Assembly (NCBI GenBank): GCA_965219385.1
Contig: CBDCNM010000002.1
Span: 3,606,305-3,670,304, forward strand
Reading direction: 5' to 3'
Source of the DNA: Candidatus Latescibacterota bacterium
Lineage (GTDB): Bacteria > Latescibacterota > UBA2968 > UBA8231
Length of the DNA: 64,000 nucleotides
In this document: piece after piece, positions 41,657-51,245 of the stretch
Layout of the letters: every line of letters begins with the position of its first letter
Numbering within the stretch: position 1 is the first letter of the stretch
Notes under the pieces: model-generated
Database searches by the model: none
What the model saw: the letters and a program-made list of their open reading frames with translations, nothing else
Told to the model about the DNA's origin: nothing
Program-made: the position numbers and the translations under genes

Positions 41657-44600
41657 TTAGCCCGCGGCCGCCTGCTCGCTGGCAATCTCGAACACCGTAT
41701 CAGCCACCCAGCGCTTGAAGCCCGGGTTGTCCATGTACTGCTTGAACAGCTCGGTATCGTCCTTCATCACCGAGGTCATCACCCGCAGCAGCGCCTTGTC
41801 GTGCTCGATGCGGGCGTTCTCGCGATCCGAGTTCTGCTGTGCGTTGCGAAAGGCGGTGTCCGCCGCCACCCGGGAAGGAATGGTCTCAATAATGAGCTGC
41901 CGCACCCGGTCGGCGTCTTCCCAGTCAATGCCGCCAAAGAGGTCGTTGAAGGCCTTGAGGATGTTCGACAGCCGGTCCAGCTCCGGCTCGGGGCGGTGCC
42001 CTCCACCGGAAGTCGGCACCGGGTCGACCTCGGCGTCGTCGTCCGGCAGCAGGATCTTCTGCATCGCTTGCTTCTCGACCCGGTAGCTGTCCAGGTCGAT
42101 GGCGTCGAGGATGCCCTTCGACAGATCCTCTTCCTCGGGGGCGGGAAGCTTCGGGATCAGGAAGTTCAGGAAGATCGAGCGCTTTTCCCAACCGGCGTCG
42201 TTGTAGGGAAGCACAGACGATAGAAAACCGTAGGTCCGCACGAAACCCTTGGCGTTGCCCTTGAACTCCACCTGCCCGTCCTCATCCAGATCGGTTTTGT
42301 AGACCGCCACGCAGGCGTCGAGAACCGGATCGAGCTGGTCGCGCTCGGCTCCGCCGAGATAGCGCTCGACGAAGTCGTCGATCTGCTCGTCGGAATACAC
42401 CTGGGCGCGGTCCAGGCCCGCCTGCAGGTCGTGCAGCTTGTTGGGGTCGGTCTCCTCCGCCAGGATGGTGGCGCGGTAGTAGTCGGCGAAGGCTTCGCGG
42501 ATGGTGTCTGCGTCGTTGAGGAAATCGAGCACGAAGACATCGTGCTTCTTGGGGTGTGCCCGGTTGAGGCGGGACAGGGTCTGCACCGCCTTGATGCCGG
42601 AGAGCGTCTTGTCCACGTACATGGTGTGCAGCAGCGGCTCGTCGTAGCCGGTCTGGAACTTGTCGGCGCAGACCAGGAAGCGGTAGGGGTCCTCTTGGAA
42701 CCGCTCGGCGATCTTTACCGAAGGGAAGCCGTTCAGCGACGCCTCGCTGACCTTTTCCCCGCCGAACTCGTGCTCGCCGGAAAAGGCGACGAGGGCCCGG
42801 TAGCGGCTCTTGCGCTCCTGCAGGTAGTCGCGGATCGCGTGGTAGTACTGGATCGCCCGCTCGATGCCGTTGGTGACCACCATCGCCCGCGCGGCACCGC
42901 CGATCTTGTTCTGCGCCAGCACCTGGTCGTGGAAATGATCGACCATGATTTGGGCCTTGAGCCCAATCGCGTGGTCGCTCCCCTCGACGAAGCGCCGCAG
43001 CTTCTTCTGCGCCTTCTTGACGTCGAACTCCGGGTCCTCCTCCACCGTCTTGGCGAGCTTGTAGTAGCTCTGCACCGGCATGTAGTGGGCGAGGACGTCG
43101 AGGATGAACCCCTCCTGGATCGCCTGCTTCATGGTGTAGCTGTGGAAGGTGTGGTGCCTGACCGTGCCGTCGGGCTGCGGGTCCGGGGCACCGAAGATCT
43201 CCAGCGTCTTGTTCTTGGGGGTGGCGGTGAAGGCGAAGTAGCTGGCGTTGGAGAGCAGCTTGCGCGACTCCATCAGGCGATTGATCCGGTCCTCGAAGGT
43301 TTCTTCCTCCTCCTCTCCACCTGCCTCGGAGAGCGCCTGCGCCATGGCCGCGCTGGTGCGGCCGCCCTGGCTGGAGTGGGCCTCGTCGATGATAATGGCG
43401 AAGCTGCGCCCGCGCTGCTCGTTGCCGATCTCGTCGAGGATGAAGGGGAACTTCTGCACCGTGGAGATGATGATCTTCTTGCCGCTCTCGATGAACCGGC
43501 GCAGGTCGCCCGAGCGGTCGGCGTGTCCCACCGTCGCCGACACCTGGGAATACTGCCTGATCGTGTCGTGGATCTGCCGGTCGAGGATGAGACGGTCGGT
43601 GACCACGATGATCGAGTCGAAGACCGGAGCACCGTCCTTCTGCAGGCTGATCAGTTGGTGGGCCAGCCAGGCGATGGAGTTGCTCTTGCCGCTGCCGGCC
43701 GAGTGCTGGATCAGGTAGCGCCGGCCCGCGCCGTGGTCATGCGCGTCGGCCAGCAGGCGGCGCACCACGTCGAGTTGATGGTAGCGCGGCCAGATCTGGG
43801 TCTGCTTCTTCTTGCCCGTCTTCTCGTCCTTCGATTCCACCACCTGGGCGTAGTTCTCCAGGATGTTGGCCAGGCTCTCCCGGGGGAGCACCTCCCGCCA
43901 CAGGTAGTCGATCGCCAGTCCGTTGGGGTTGGGTGGGTTGCCGGCGCCGTCGTCATAGCCGCGGTTGAAGGGCAGGAACCAGGAGGCCTTGCCGTTGAGG
44001 TAGGTGCAGAAGCGCACCTCCCCCTCATCCACCGCAAAGTGCGCCAGGCAGCGGCCGAACTCGAACAGTTTCTCGCGCGGGTTGCGGTCCCGCCGGTACT
44101 GCCAGACCGCGTCGTCCACCGTCTGCTTGGTGAGGCTGTTCTTCAGCTCGAAGGTGAAGACCGGCAAGCCGTTGATGAACAGCCCGATGTCCAGCGCCCG
44201 CTGCGCCTCGTCGCGGCTGTAGCGAAGCTGCCGGGTGACGGTGAAGCAGTTCTGTTTGAAGCGCTCCTGCGCTTCCGGGTTGTCGGCCGAAGGCGTGCCG
44301 TAGAACAGGTCCAGGTCGTGGGCCCCGTGTTTGATGCCGTGGCGCAGCACGTCGATGGTGCCGCGCTTGCTGATCTCACCCTGGAGCCGGGCCAGGAACC
44401 GGCGGCGCGTGGGGCCGGCCTCGGACAGGCCGAGGGACTCCGCCGCTTCCGGCTGGGTAATGCGCAGGAAGGTGGAGAACTGAGCCAGATCGACGCAGTA
44501 TTCGCGGTCGTAGTCGTGGAAATTGCCGCCGCTCCAACCGACTCCGGCGTAGTGGGCCGGCGGCTCGCCCACGGTGGGACCTGGAGGCGGGTCGCAGGGA

Positions 44601-44662
44601 TGCCCGGCCAGGGCCGTGCAGATGAGGCGTTCGAGGCCTCGTTCGGAGGTGTCAGTGGGCAT
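41657..44662 (-). CDS. hsdR: Type I restriction enzyme R subunit
   Basis: DIGLFINGLP..ELKN nuclease motif; HSAGSGKS, DEAH, FTATP, QTGYD and QTLSRLNR. Confidence 0.96.
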   Translation of the reverse strand: MPTDTSERGLERLICTALAGHPCDPPPGPTVGEPPAHYAGVGWSGGNFHDYDREYCVDLAQFSTFLRITQPEAAESLGLSEAGPTRRRFLARLQGEISKRGTIDVLRHGIKHGAHDLDLFYGTPSADNPEAQERFKQNCFTVTRQLRYSRDEAQRALDIGLFINGLPVFTFELKNSLTKQTVDDAVWQYRRDRNPREKLFEFGRCLAHFAVDEGEVRFCTYLNGKASWFLPFNRGYDDGAGNPPNPNGLAIDYLWREVLPRESLANILENYAQVVESKDEKTGKKKQTQIWPRYHQLDVVRRLLADAHDHGAGRRYLIQHSAGSGKSNSIAWLAHQLISLQKDGAPVFDSIIVVTDRLILDRQIHDTIRQYSQVSATVGHADRSGDLRRFIESGKKIIISTVQKFPFILDEIGNEQRGRSFAIIIDEAHSSQGGRTSAAMAQALSEAGGEEEEETFEDRINRLMESRKLLSNASYFAFTATPKNKTLEIFGAPDPQPDGTVRHHTFHSYTMKQAIQEGFILDVLAHYMPVQSYYKLAKTVEEDPEFDVKKAQKKLRRFVEGSDHAIGLKAQIMVDHFHDQVLAQNKIGGAARAMVVTNGIERAIQYYHAIRDYLQERKSRYRALVAFSGEHEFGGEKVSEASLNGFPSVKIAERFQEDPYRFLVCADKFQTGYDEPLLHTMYVDKTLSGIKAVQTLSRLNRAHPKKHDVFVLDFLNDADTIREAFADYYRATILAEETDPNKLHDLQAGLDRAQVYSDEQIDDFVERYLGGAERDQLDPVLDACVAVYKTDLDEDGQVEFKGNAKGFVRTYGFLSSVLPYNDAGWEKRSIFLNFLIPKLPAPEEEDLSKGILDAIDLDSYRVEKQAMQKILLPDDDAEVDPVPTSGGGHRPEPELDRLSNILKAFNDLFGGIDWEDADRVRQLIIETIPSRVAADTAFRNAQQNSDRENARIEHDKALLRVMTSVMKDDTELFKQYMDNPGFKRWVADTVFEIASEQAAAG

Positions 44663-44670
44663 CGTGAAGC

Positions 44671-45084
44671 CTACCGGTCGGTGAACGGGTTTATGCCCCG
44701 GAGGCCATCGTAGTCCTGTTCCGTACTGAGGTCTTCTGAGTACACCGCATCGCAGCCCAAGGCGCGCGCCGCCGCAAGAATGGCGCCGTCCCAGTAGGAC
44801 AGCCGGAAGCGTTGGCTGATTGCTACGGCCTCAAGAAAAACGTCCATCGTCATGGTCTGAATCCGGAACAGCAGAATCGGCTCTAGAAATTGCAATGCTC
44901 TATTGCCAGAAAGACTGCGGATCCGTGTCGGCCGGGTGGCTTGGTGATAGAACTCCTGCAGCACCTGAACGGACGCGGCGAGGTCGGGTTCTGTCAGGAC
45001 TTCCAGCGCCCGCGCCCGCTTGTCGGCCTCCTCCGGGACCTCGCTGACAGCGTACAGCAGGACATTGGTATCTACGAATCGCAT
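44671..45084 (-). CDS. PIN-domain toxin (VapC-like)
   Basis: FVDTNVLLYA, QVLQEF, SYWD and YSEDL motifs. Confidence 0.92.
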   Translation of the reverse strand: MRFVDTNVLLYAVSEVPEEADKRARALEVLTEPDLAASVQVLQEFYHQATRPTRIRSLSGNRALQFLEPILLFRIQTMTMDVFLEAVAISQRFRLSYWDGAILAAARALGCDAVYSEDLSTEQDYDGLRGINPFTDR

Positions 45085-45434
45085 GGCGAGGTTTTGAGTG
45101 CTTCGGAGATGCTGCGCTGCCGCTCGCGCTCGGCGACAGCCTCGGCCCTTGCCGCGACGCGGTCGTACAACGCCTCTCTGGGCAGGTTGTCGGACATCCG
45201 CAACCCAATACCCTGCCTATCGAAGTCCGCGAGCACTTCCCGCAGCAGCCTGCACCGACGCTGATAGATGGTTTCGCTAGACTCGGCACTGGCTTCGCCC
45301 CCCGCATCTGGCTCCGCCGCCAGATGTCTCAGGTAGTCTCGCACGAGGGCCGATACCGAGGTGTCCAACTCCGCCGCCCGGATGCGGGCGAGCCGGTGGG
45401 TCTGTTCGTCGACGGATACGGTGATGTTCTTCAT
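45072..45434 (-). CDS. Ribbon-helix-helix antitoxin (VapB-like)
   Basis: MKNITVSVDE..RLARIRAAELDTSVSALVRDYL and REALYDR; overlaps the PIN gene. Confidence 0.82.
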   Translation of the reverse strand: MKNITVSVDEQTHRLARIRAAELDTSVSALVRDYLRHLAAEPDAGGEASAESSETIYQRRCRLLREVLADFDRQGIGLRMSDNLPREALYDRVAARAEAVAERERQRSISEALKTSPCDS

Positions 45435-45444
45435 ATTCACAGCC

Positions 45445-45684
45445 TCACAGTTTCTGTGTGGCACAATATAGGTGCTCATTGGCCGATGGGCAATGCCTGC
45501 GGCGGCGCGGGAGCTTTGAGGGTTTCACTTCGGGGAACCACTCTAGGAACTGATTCACGGTGGCCCCGCTCTCCAGGTTTTCAAAGAGGGCGTATACCGG
45601 CACCCTTGTCCCGGTGAAGGCCCAAGCTCCACTGATCTTCTTGGGATTTCGTTCCACTGCTGGGCAGGTGCTCCAGTCCGTCAT
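45445..45684 (-). CDS. DUF433-family antitoxin, C-terminus probably disrupted
   Basis: DWSTCPAVERNP.KISGAW.F.GTRVPV.ALFENLE.GA; no cognate PIN gene follows. Confidence 0.7.
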   Translation of the reverse strand: MTDWSTCPAVERNPKKISGAWAFTGTRVPVYALFENLESGATVNQFLEWFPEVKPSKLPRRRRHCPSANEHLYCATQKL

Positions 45685-45750
45685 ACGGGCACCTCCTTTT
45701 CGATTGTGTACTCTTCTGCCGATTCCTCGATGTCCGCTAGGCACCTATGG

Positions 45751-45972
45751 TCAAACCGTAACCGTGTAGTGGTTCACCACTACCGAAGCCGGCCTCAGAT
45801 CACCATCCCGCTCAAGCTCGTCGAGATACAGCCTGATCGCGTCGGCGACCAAGTCGCGCACCTCATCCTCGGTTTTCCCCGCAACGCCGATGCCCGGTAG
45901 TTCCGGTACATACGCCCCATACGCGCGGGGCCCGTATCTCTCTACAATGACCAGATACTCAGTCTGCGCCAT
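45751..45972 (-). CDS. HicB-family antitoxin
   Basis: YLVIVE...YGAYVPELPG..AGKTEDEV...DAIRLYLD. Confidence 0.88.
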   Translation of the reverse strand: MAQTEYLVIVERYGPRAYGAYVPELPGIGVAGKTEDEVRDLVADAIRLYLDELERDGDLRPASVVVNHYTVTV

Positions 45973-46140
45973 CTCCCCCCTCCGTGTAGTTCTCTTTCAA
46001 ACCGGCCCGTTTGAGCACTTGGCTCAGCGTGCCCGCCTTGATGTCTGCGTTGGGATTTCCAGCAACCACCACAATGAACGCGCGGAAAGGTGATCGCCGC
46101 GCTTCCACCGAGAATATGCCAACACAGCCGCAAATCCAAG
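45959..46140 (-). pseudogene. Degenerate HicA toxin
   Basis: C-terminal VVAGNPNADIKAGTLSQVLKRAGL in one frame and KRGDH in another; no clean start. Confidence 0.55.
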
Positions 46141-46365
46141 ATCCATGGCCCAATCTCTTACGCACGGCAAGCAGCAACGGGCACCGTAATGCATCGAGCC
46201 AGCGTATAGGCCTACGTGACTCCTCAAGTTCGCATCGTTCCTGCTCCGATGGATCGGCGGCCGAATTGACGCCACATATTAAATTATGTCCATGACGAGG
46301 TGCAGCCTGATTACTCTGGTCGCACCGTCATCAACAAAATGACAACGCCGTGGTTTCTACAAACG

Positions 46366-47286
46366 CTATTGACCCGGCAATTCGTTTTCCTCGGCAGCGG
46401 CCTCAGTCCACGCTTTCACCTTCTCCAATACATTTTCGCTGATGCCGTCACAGAAATCGACAATCCGACAGCGGTCGAAGAGCAAGCCAGCGTCGTAGGC
46501 AGTATTGGCCCAACGGGACCGAGACAGAGCCTCTGCAACGAAGAACATGCGCACAGGAGTAAGGATGAGGGACGATCGCAACCACTTTCGGCAGAATGAA
46601 TCGGGCTGAAGCTGTGTGAGTGTATCCTTGTAGTTCGTCCCGGTCTTGCACTGACCAAAGGCTATGAGTTTTCCTGGCAGCCGGTCCTTAAAGTGTTTCC
46701 ACGCGACGACATCCAGTTTGCCATCTCGCGGCGAAGCACTACTGCGCTTATAGTATCCGTCCCCCTCCTTTATTCGCTTACAAAGATCATTAACCTTCCC
46801 TGGAAAATTAGCACTCCCGGCGGCCGTGCCAAACACGATGCTCTCCCCACGATCACCAAGGTACTCCCGGGCCGTTTCCGAGGCGAGTTCCTCAAAAAGG
46901 GATGCGCCGTCAATACCCGCGTGTTCGCGGTTGTCTTTCATGTTCAGCCGGGTCGCTAGAAGCAGGTACTTGTAAATGATGTGCCTATGGTTCCCGGCTT
47001 CTTGGCTAGCACGAAGCGTATATCCCTGTTCTCCGACCACAAACGGATAGCCATATCTGCAAGCCTCTTCGCGTCGTTCAATTTCCAAGTACGCCTCTTC
47101 AACGATTTGTGGTGCTTCTTCCTCTTCCGGCACACCCTCAGAGTAATCGTTTTCCTCAAGCCTGCCGAGGTCAGCGGATAGGACAGTAGTTGACGTGGTG
47201 TTGTCCTTCCAACAAACCAGTTCGGCGTAGTCGGCAAGCTCGTGTCTGGGTGCTCTAGGAGATGGTGTCCTTGGCCACTTGAACAT
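46366..47286 (-). CDS. Hypothetical protein with a restriction-endonuclease-like (PD-(D/E)XK, Mrr-like) motif
   Basis: FEEL...DGKLDVVAW...GQCKTG; TGATG overlap with the upstream gene. Confidence 0.65.
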   Translation of the reverse strand: MFKWPRTPSPRAPRHELADYAELVCWKDNTTSTTVLSADLGRLEENDYSEGVPEEEEAPQIVEEAYLEIERREEACRYGYPFVVGEQGYTLRASQEAGNHRHIIYKYLLLATRLNMKDNREHAGIDGASLFEELASETAREYLGDRGESIVFGTAAGSANFPGKVNDLCKRIKEGDGYYKRSSASPRDGKLDVVAWKHFKDRLPGKLIAFGQCKTGTNYKDTLTQLQPDSFCRKWLRSSLILTPVRMFFVAEALSRSRWANTAYDAGLLFDRCRIVDFCDGISENVLEKVKAWTEAAAEENELPGQ

Positions 47287-48389
47287 CAATCAATCTCCCC
47301 ACTGCGCCTCTGCCTGTGAGGATTGCGCTTGCGAGACATCTCTCTATGAAGATCATCCGCAAGTATCGCCACCTCATCTGCCCTTCTTAGCAGCTCCTCG
47401 GAACCATCGTAGCCGGTGGAAAGCAGGCCGCGTGCCTTCTCAAGATTCCTCTTCGCGGCAAGCAAGGACTCCTCGAAAACAGTGGATGATGGACGGCTCG
47501 CCTCATAGGCATTGGCGAGGGGCTGCCCACCCCGAAGGGCGGCGACGGCCTCCTTGTTGCTCACGACTGCATCGAGCCATCGGAGATGGGGGTTCTGTGT
47601 CTCGATGACGGGAGGTATTTCCTCCTTCTTACTACCATACATCCAGCGGCAAAGTTCACCGAGTTCGTTTTTCTTATCCAAGGGGACCGGCTCTGGGTCC
47701 TCATCGGTCTCCGGTCGCAAGCCAATAAAAGCACTGATGCCGTCGTATCCGATTCCGGTGTAGAGATGGGAGAAGGGAAAATGGTTACGCCAGCGGTCTT
47801 CGCGATGGAATACCTTCAGGTGTTCCGCTTGCTCAATGACCATAAGGCCACGGAATAGCCTCTGGACGGTATTGTGGGTGTCGCCAATCTGACTAGCGAT
47901 GTCCTCTAACTTGATGCCAAGTTTTCGGTGTACATCAGCAATGTATCGGGATTTAGCATAGCTACTCCATTTGGCTGGGCCGTTTACATGCTTGAAACCG
48001 AGATAGCGCCAAGCGTCTTCGCGGGTGCCACGCACAGTGGGAAGCTCTTGAAGCGCTTTCTTGGCGTCTTCGGTGATGACGGGGAGGTCCACATTCAGGT
48101 CTTCAGCAAGTGCCGGATTTAGAAGGACCCTGACTGCGGCGAGGCGGCGGTTTCCTTCAATAACAATGTTCTGCCCGCCTTCCTGTGCGACGATCAGGGG
48201 TTCGTAAGAATAAAAACCACTGGCTGCGATGGACATCACCACTTCTCTTACGTCCATCGCTTCCCACAGAACCTGTATCACGTCGGTTTCCGTCGCATTG
48301 TCTTTCAGATCAAACTCAGGCAGTCGAGGATTTTTGAGGTCGAATGCCAGGTCCGAGACTTTCATCGGGCTTATCTCTTCAGTATTCAT
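47286..48389 (-). CDS. ParB/Srx-like N-terminal domain protein
   Basis: DLKNPRL, SIAASGF..EPLIV, VIEGNRRLAA and HVNGPAKW motifs. Confidence 0.78.
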   Translation of the reverse strand: MNTEEISPMKVSDLAFDLKNPRLPEFDLKDNATETDVIQVLWEAMDVREVVMSIAASGFYSYEPLIVAQEGGQNIVIEGNRRLAAVRVLLNPALAEDLNVDLPVITEDAKKALQELPTVRGTREDAWRYLGFKHVNGPAKWSSYAKSRYIADVHRKLGIKLEDIASQIGDTHNTVQRLFRGLMVIEQAEHLKVFHREDRWRNHFPFSHLYTGIGYDGISAFIGLRPETDEDPEPVPLDKKNELGELCRWMYGSKKEEIPPVIETQNPHLRWLDAVVSNKEAVAALRGGQPLANAYEASRPSSTVFEESLLAAKRNLEKARGLLSTGYDGSEELLRRADEVAILADDLHREMSRKRNPHRQRRSGEID

Positions 48390-48437
48390 TGAGGTCTCCT
48401 TTTAAGCCGGCACCGCTTTCCCCTCGCTCGTGCCAAT

Positions 48438-49289
48438 TCACGCAACAGAGTCAGGAAATCGAACATGGGATGGCACGACTATTAGCTCCTGCGCCTTTTG
48501 CTTGCGCTGGAGACTGTGCTGAAGCGAGAGATGGAAGATGTCACAGGTTTTATACAGATCTCTGATGAAACGTGCATCGTCGTAGGACATAACCCAGTTG
48601 AGCGTTCCCTGCCGCCGTATATAGCGGGAAAGGTTTTTGTGGTCTTGATCCTTGAAAAAATTCATATAAAGACGATTGCCGTTTGACCAGTAGGGAGGAT
48701 CGAGATATGTGAAGACACGTTTCCGTTCATTACCACGGGGCAGATGTCTGATGAGGAAGGTAATTGCGTCCATGTTGGTTACGTGGATTTGCTTGCGTCT
48801 TTTCGCAATTGCGAGAACGCGCTCCACGAGACTCTCTCTGTAGAAACGAGCATCAATCCGCCATTTACCTGTTTGCGCGTAACCTCCGATAGGAGCGCCT
48901 CCGAAAAGGACGCCAGAGCGATTGCAACGGTTCAGGTAGAAGACAGAGAAGCCAAGGTCAAAAGATTCACTGGTCTCAGCATTCAGATAAATGCACTGTT
49001 GTCGTCTCCATTCATCAATACTTACCGGGACTACCCGGATGGCCTCGACGAACCGCTCTGGCTCATCGAGGACAGCGTTCCAGAAGGCAGTGATGCGATG
49101 GTCTATATCGTTCAGGTGGAGCTCCGAGACGACATCTTCACGAAGAAGGCGTAAAGCAGCACCCGCACCCCCAGCAAAGGGTTCAAAGTACGAACAGCCA
49201 GAGAGGTTATTCAATTCGATTACTTCCCCAAGGAAGGCTGTAAGGGACGCCTTTCCGCCTGGATACCTGAGCGGGCTGTCGAATCTCAT
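48438..49289 (-). CDS. Dam-like (D12 class) DNA adenine methyltransferase
   Basis: SPLRYPGGK, EPFAGGAG, YLNRCNRSG and YLDPPY motifs; ATGA overlap with the hsdS stop. Confidence 0.92.
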   Translation of the reverse strand: MRFDSPLRYPGGKASLTAFLGEVIELNNLSGCSYFEPFAGGAGAALRLLREDVVSELHLNDIDHRITAFWNAVLDEPERFVEAIRVVPVSIDEWRRQQCIYLNAETSESFDLGFSVFYLNRCNRSGVLFGGAPIGGYAQTGKWRIDARFYRESLVERVLAIAKRRKQIHVTNMDAITFLIRHLPRGNERKRVFTYLDPPYWSNGNRLYMNFFKDQDHKNLSRYIRRQGTLNWVMSYDDARFIRDLYKTCDIFHLSLQHSLQRKQKAQELIVVPSHVRFPDSVA

Positions 49290-50740
49290 TTCCGATTGGT
49301 CCTTCTGCCGTTTCTTGCTGCCCATGTCCAATCTGGAATGTTGGCCTTGTCCGTTACGTCGTCAAACTCATCACGTGGCTCAGTCTCGTTGCCCTGATCG
49401 GACAGTTCAGCCGCAGCCTCGCGCACGTCGAGCTTGCCGGTGACGACATCGGCGATCAGACGGGTACGGTATTCCTGGATTAGGTCGATTTCTCGTTTTG
49501 CCCGACCAATCGCATTGTCCAGGGCGTTCGTTTCCTCTGAGATTACGTTAAGTATGGCTGCTTGCTCTTCCAGAACTGGAAGAAGAACCGGAAATTTGCG
49601 CAGTGTGCTGCTATTGGTGGATGCGAGGTTCGTCGTCTGCTTTGCTGTGAATTCGAAATATGCCCGCCCGTGTATCGACCCCATGAGCCCAACCAGAAAC
49701 TCCGGGCTCAGGAGCCCTCCACATCGCACCGCAAAGACGTGATTCTGGTGTAAACATCCCGGGATCTCATTTCGCCAGACACATCCACGCCCAAGTTTGT
49801 CGATATCCCCACCTTCCGTCATCAGAACATCCCCGGTCAACAAGGTGGTCCGAGCTGCTTCATCCTGGGGAACATCGATAGACTTGACGTGCGTGAGGTC
49901 CAAACAACCTGCCTGAACATTGGCGACACGCAGATATGGTCGAGATATCGTTCGCGTACTCCTATAATCCTTGCCCAACGTGAGACCGGTCTGAACTTGT
50001 GCGACATCCTTTAACCGGAGAAGCTGCCAATGTTCAGGCACGTCGCCCAGCCACTCCATACCGGAAGGCTTGTAGGCCGGGTACGGCTTGCCAGTTTGGA
50101 CGTCGATCTGGCCCGTGACGGCTTGGTGGATGATGGCCTTCTTCTGCTCCTCCAGCAGCGCAATTAGCTTCTGCTTGGCACGGATGTAGCGCCGGATGCG
50201 CCGGTCGGCGTGGTCGAGGAAGCGGACGATAGCGGTTTGTTCGGGGAGGGAGGGACGAACAACAGCCATGGACCCGATAAAGGTCCAATCGGCGCGTGGC
50301 ATTTTTGCTCCGTACGTAGAACTATCGACTATGTCGATCACTGGTTTTGAACGCAATAGCTGCTCCACATACCTAGAAGCGAACTTAGAATTGTGCGGAC
50401 GAAGAACGAGAAACTCACCGACGCAGAGACCACTAATCGCCGGGCAAGTGACCTTTGCAAGGTAAGGGCGAAGCTTTCCGAATAGGACATCCCCGGATTC
50501 AAAACGTTTCAACTGACTATCGGGTGGGGCTTCCAGGTCTGCGCTCCTGAGACGACCCATCCAGCTCTCGACATTCTCCAAGGCCAGATAGATGTCCCGT
50601 TGCCGGCGTTCGGTATTCTGTTCAACAATGTTAGCCACCGACGACTTCAAACGTTCGACGATCCAGTGCTCCGGCACTTCCCCCAGCCATTCAACGCCAG
50701 AGTCCTTCATTTCCGGATATATCCTGAGTTCAGCGATCAT
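49286..50740 (-). CDS. hsdS: Type I R-M specificity subunit
   Basis: Two TRDs bounded by KDSGVEWLGEVPEHW / KPSGMEWLGDVPEHW and PxxxEQ motifs; VTGKLDVR. Confidence 0.95.
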   Translation of the reverse strand: MIAELRIYPEMKDSGVEWLGEVPEHWIVERLKSSVANIVEQNTERRQRDIYLALENVESWMGRLRSADLEAPPDSQLKRFESGDVLFGKLRPYLAKVTCPAISGLCVGEFLVLRPHNSKFASRYVEQLLRSKPVIDIVDSSTYGAKMPRADWTFIGSMAVVRPSLPEQTAIVRFLDHADRRIRRYIRAKQKLIALLEEQKKAIIHQAVTGQIDVQTGKPYPAYKPSGMEWLGDVPEHWQLLRLKDVAQVQTGLTLGKDYRSTRTISRPYLRVANVQAGCLDLTHVKSIDVPQDEAARTTLLTGDVLMTEGGDIDKLGRGCVWRNEIPGCLHQNHVFAVRCGGLLSPEFLVGLMGSIHGRAYFEFTAKQTTNLASTNSSTLRKFPVLLPVLEEQAAILNVISEETNALDNAIGRAKREIDLIQEYRTRLIADVVTGKLDVREAAAELSDQGNETEPRDEFDDVTDKANIPDWTWAARNGRRTNRK

Positions 50741-51245
50741 GCCTAACCAATTTATATCAATCCAGACAGGTAGCGCTTAGTACTACTTTGTTAATTAGCG
50801 GATAATGTGCTCATTTGTCCACTATTTTTGCCCATTTGGGTCTCAATCTTCTGGCCAACATCGAGTAGGAGTTGTGTCGTAAGCTCCGAAGAAACAGCGC
50901 ATTACCGGAGACAAAGAGATCTCAAGGCTTTCGGTAATCCGCTGAAATATAGGGACTTATGGGACTAGCACTGCTAATCAACAAAGTAATATAAAGAAAA
51001 TCCCAAGCCCCACACGCTATCACCCATACAAAGCGTCAACCAGTATAACGCAGGTCCTCATAGTGTCTGATTTGGAAGTCCCCTATAGAGGATCAATTGG
51101 GATCCCCTGTTGATTGGATCAAATAGGCAATACTCCAGCCCTAGCGCTAACATATCTTCAAAGGTCCCTGAAAGTCCAATTACCAAGGTCTGATTTTTCA
51201 CCTCTGAGGCCCCAAAAATTCTTATTACATAAAATCAGAACTGAT
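50741..51245. ncRNA. Candidate structured non-coding RNA downstream of the RT gene
   Basis: No credible ORF; multiple complementary segments found by eye (50784-50801/50971-50988, 50895-50944 hairpin, 50948-50965/51054-51087, 50868-50887, 51189-51197/51231-51239). Confidence 0.5.

Noticed and set aside
42431..44713. 760-aa plus-strand ORF
   Set aside because: Antisense shadow of hsdR
50741..50800. GTTAGGC just before the hsdS start as an attC R' site
   Set aside because: No matching R'' or complementary L boxes at attC spacing
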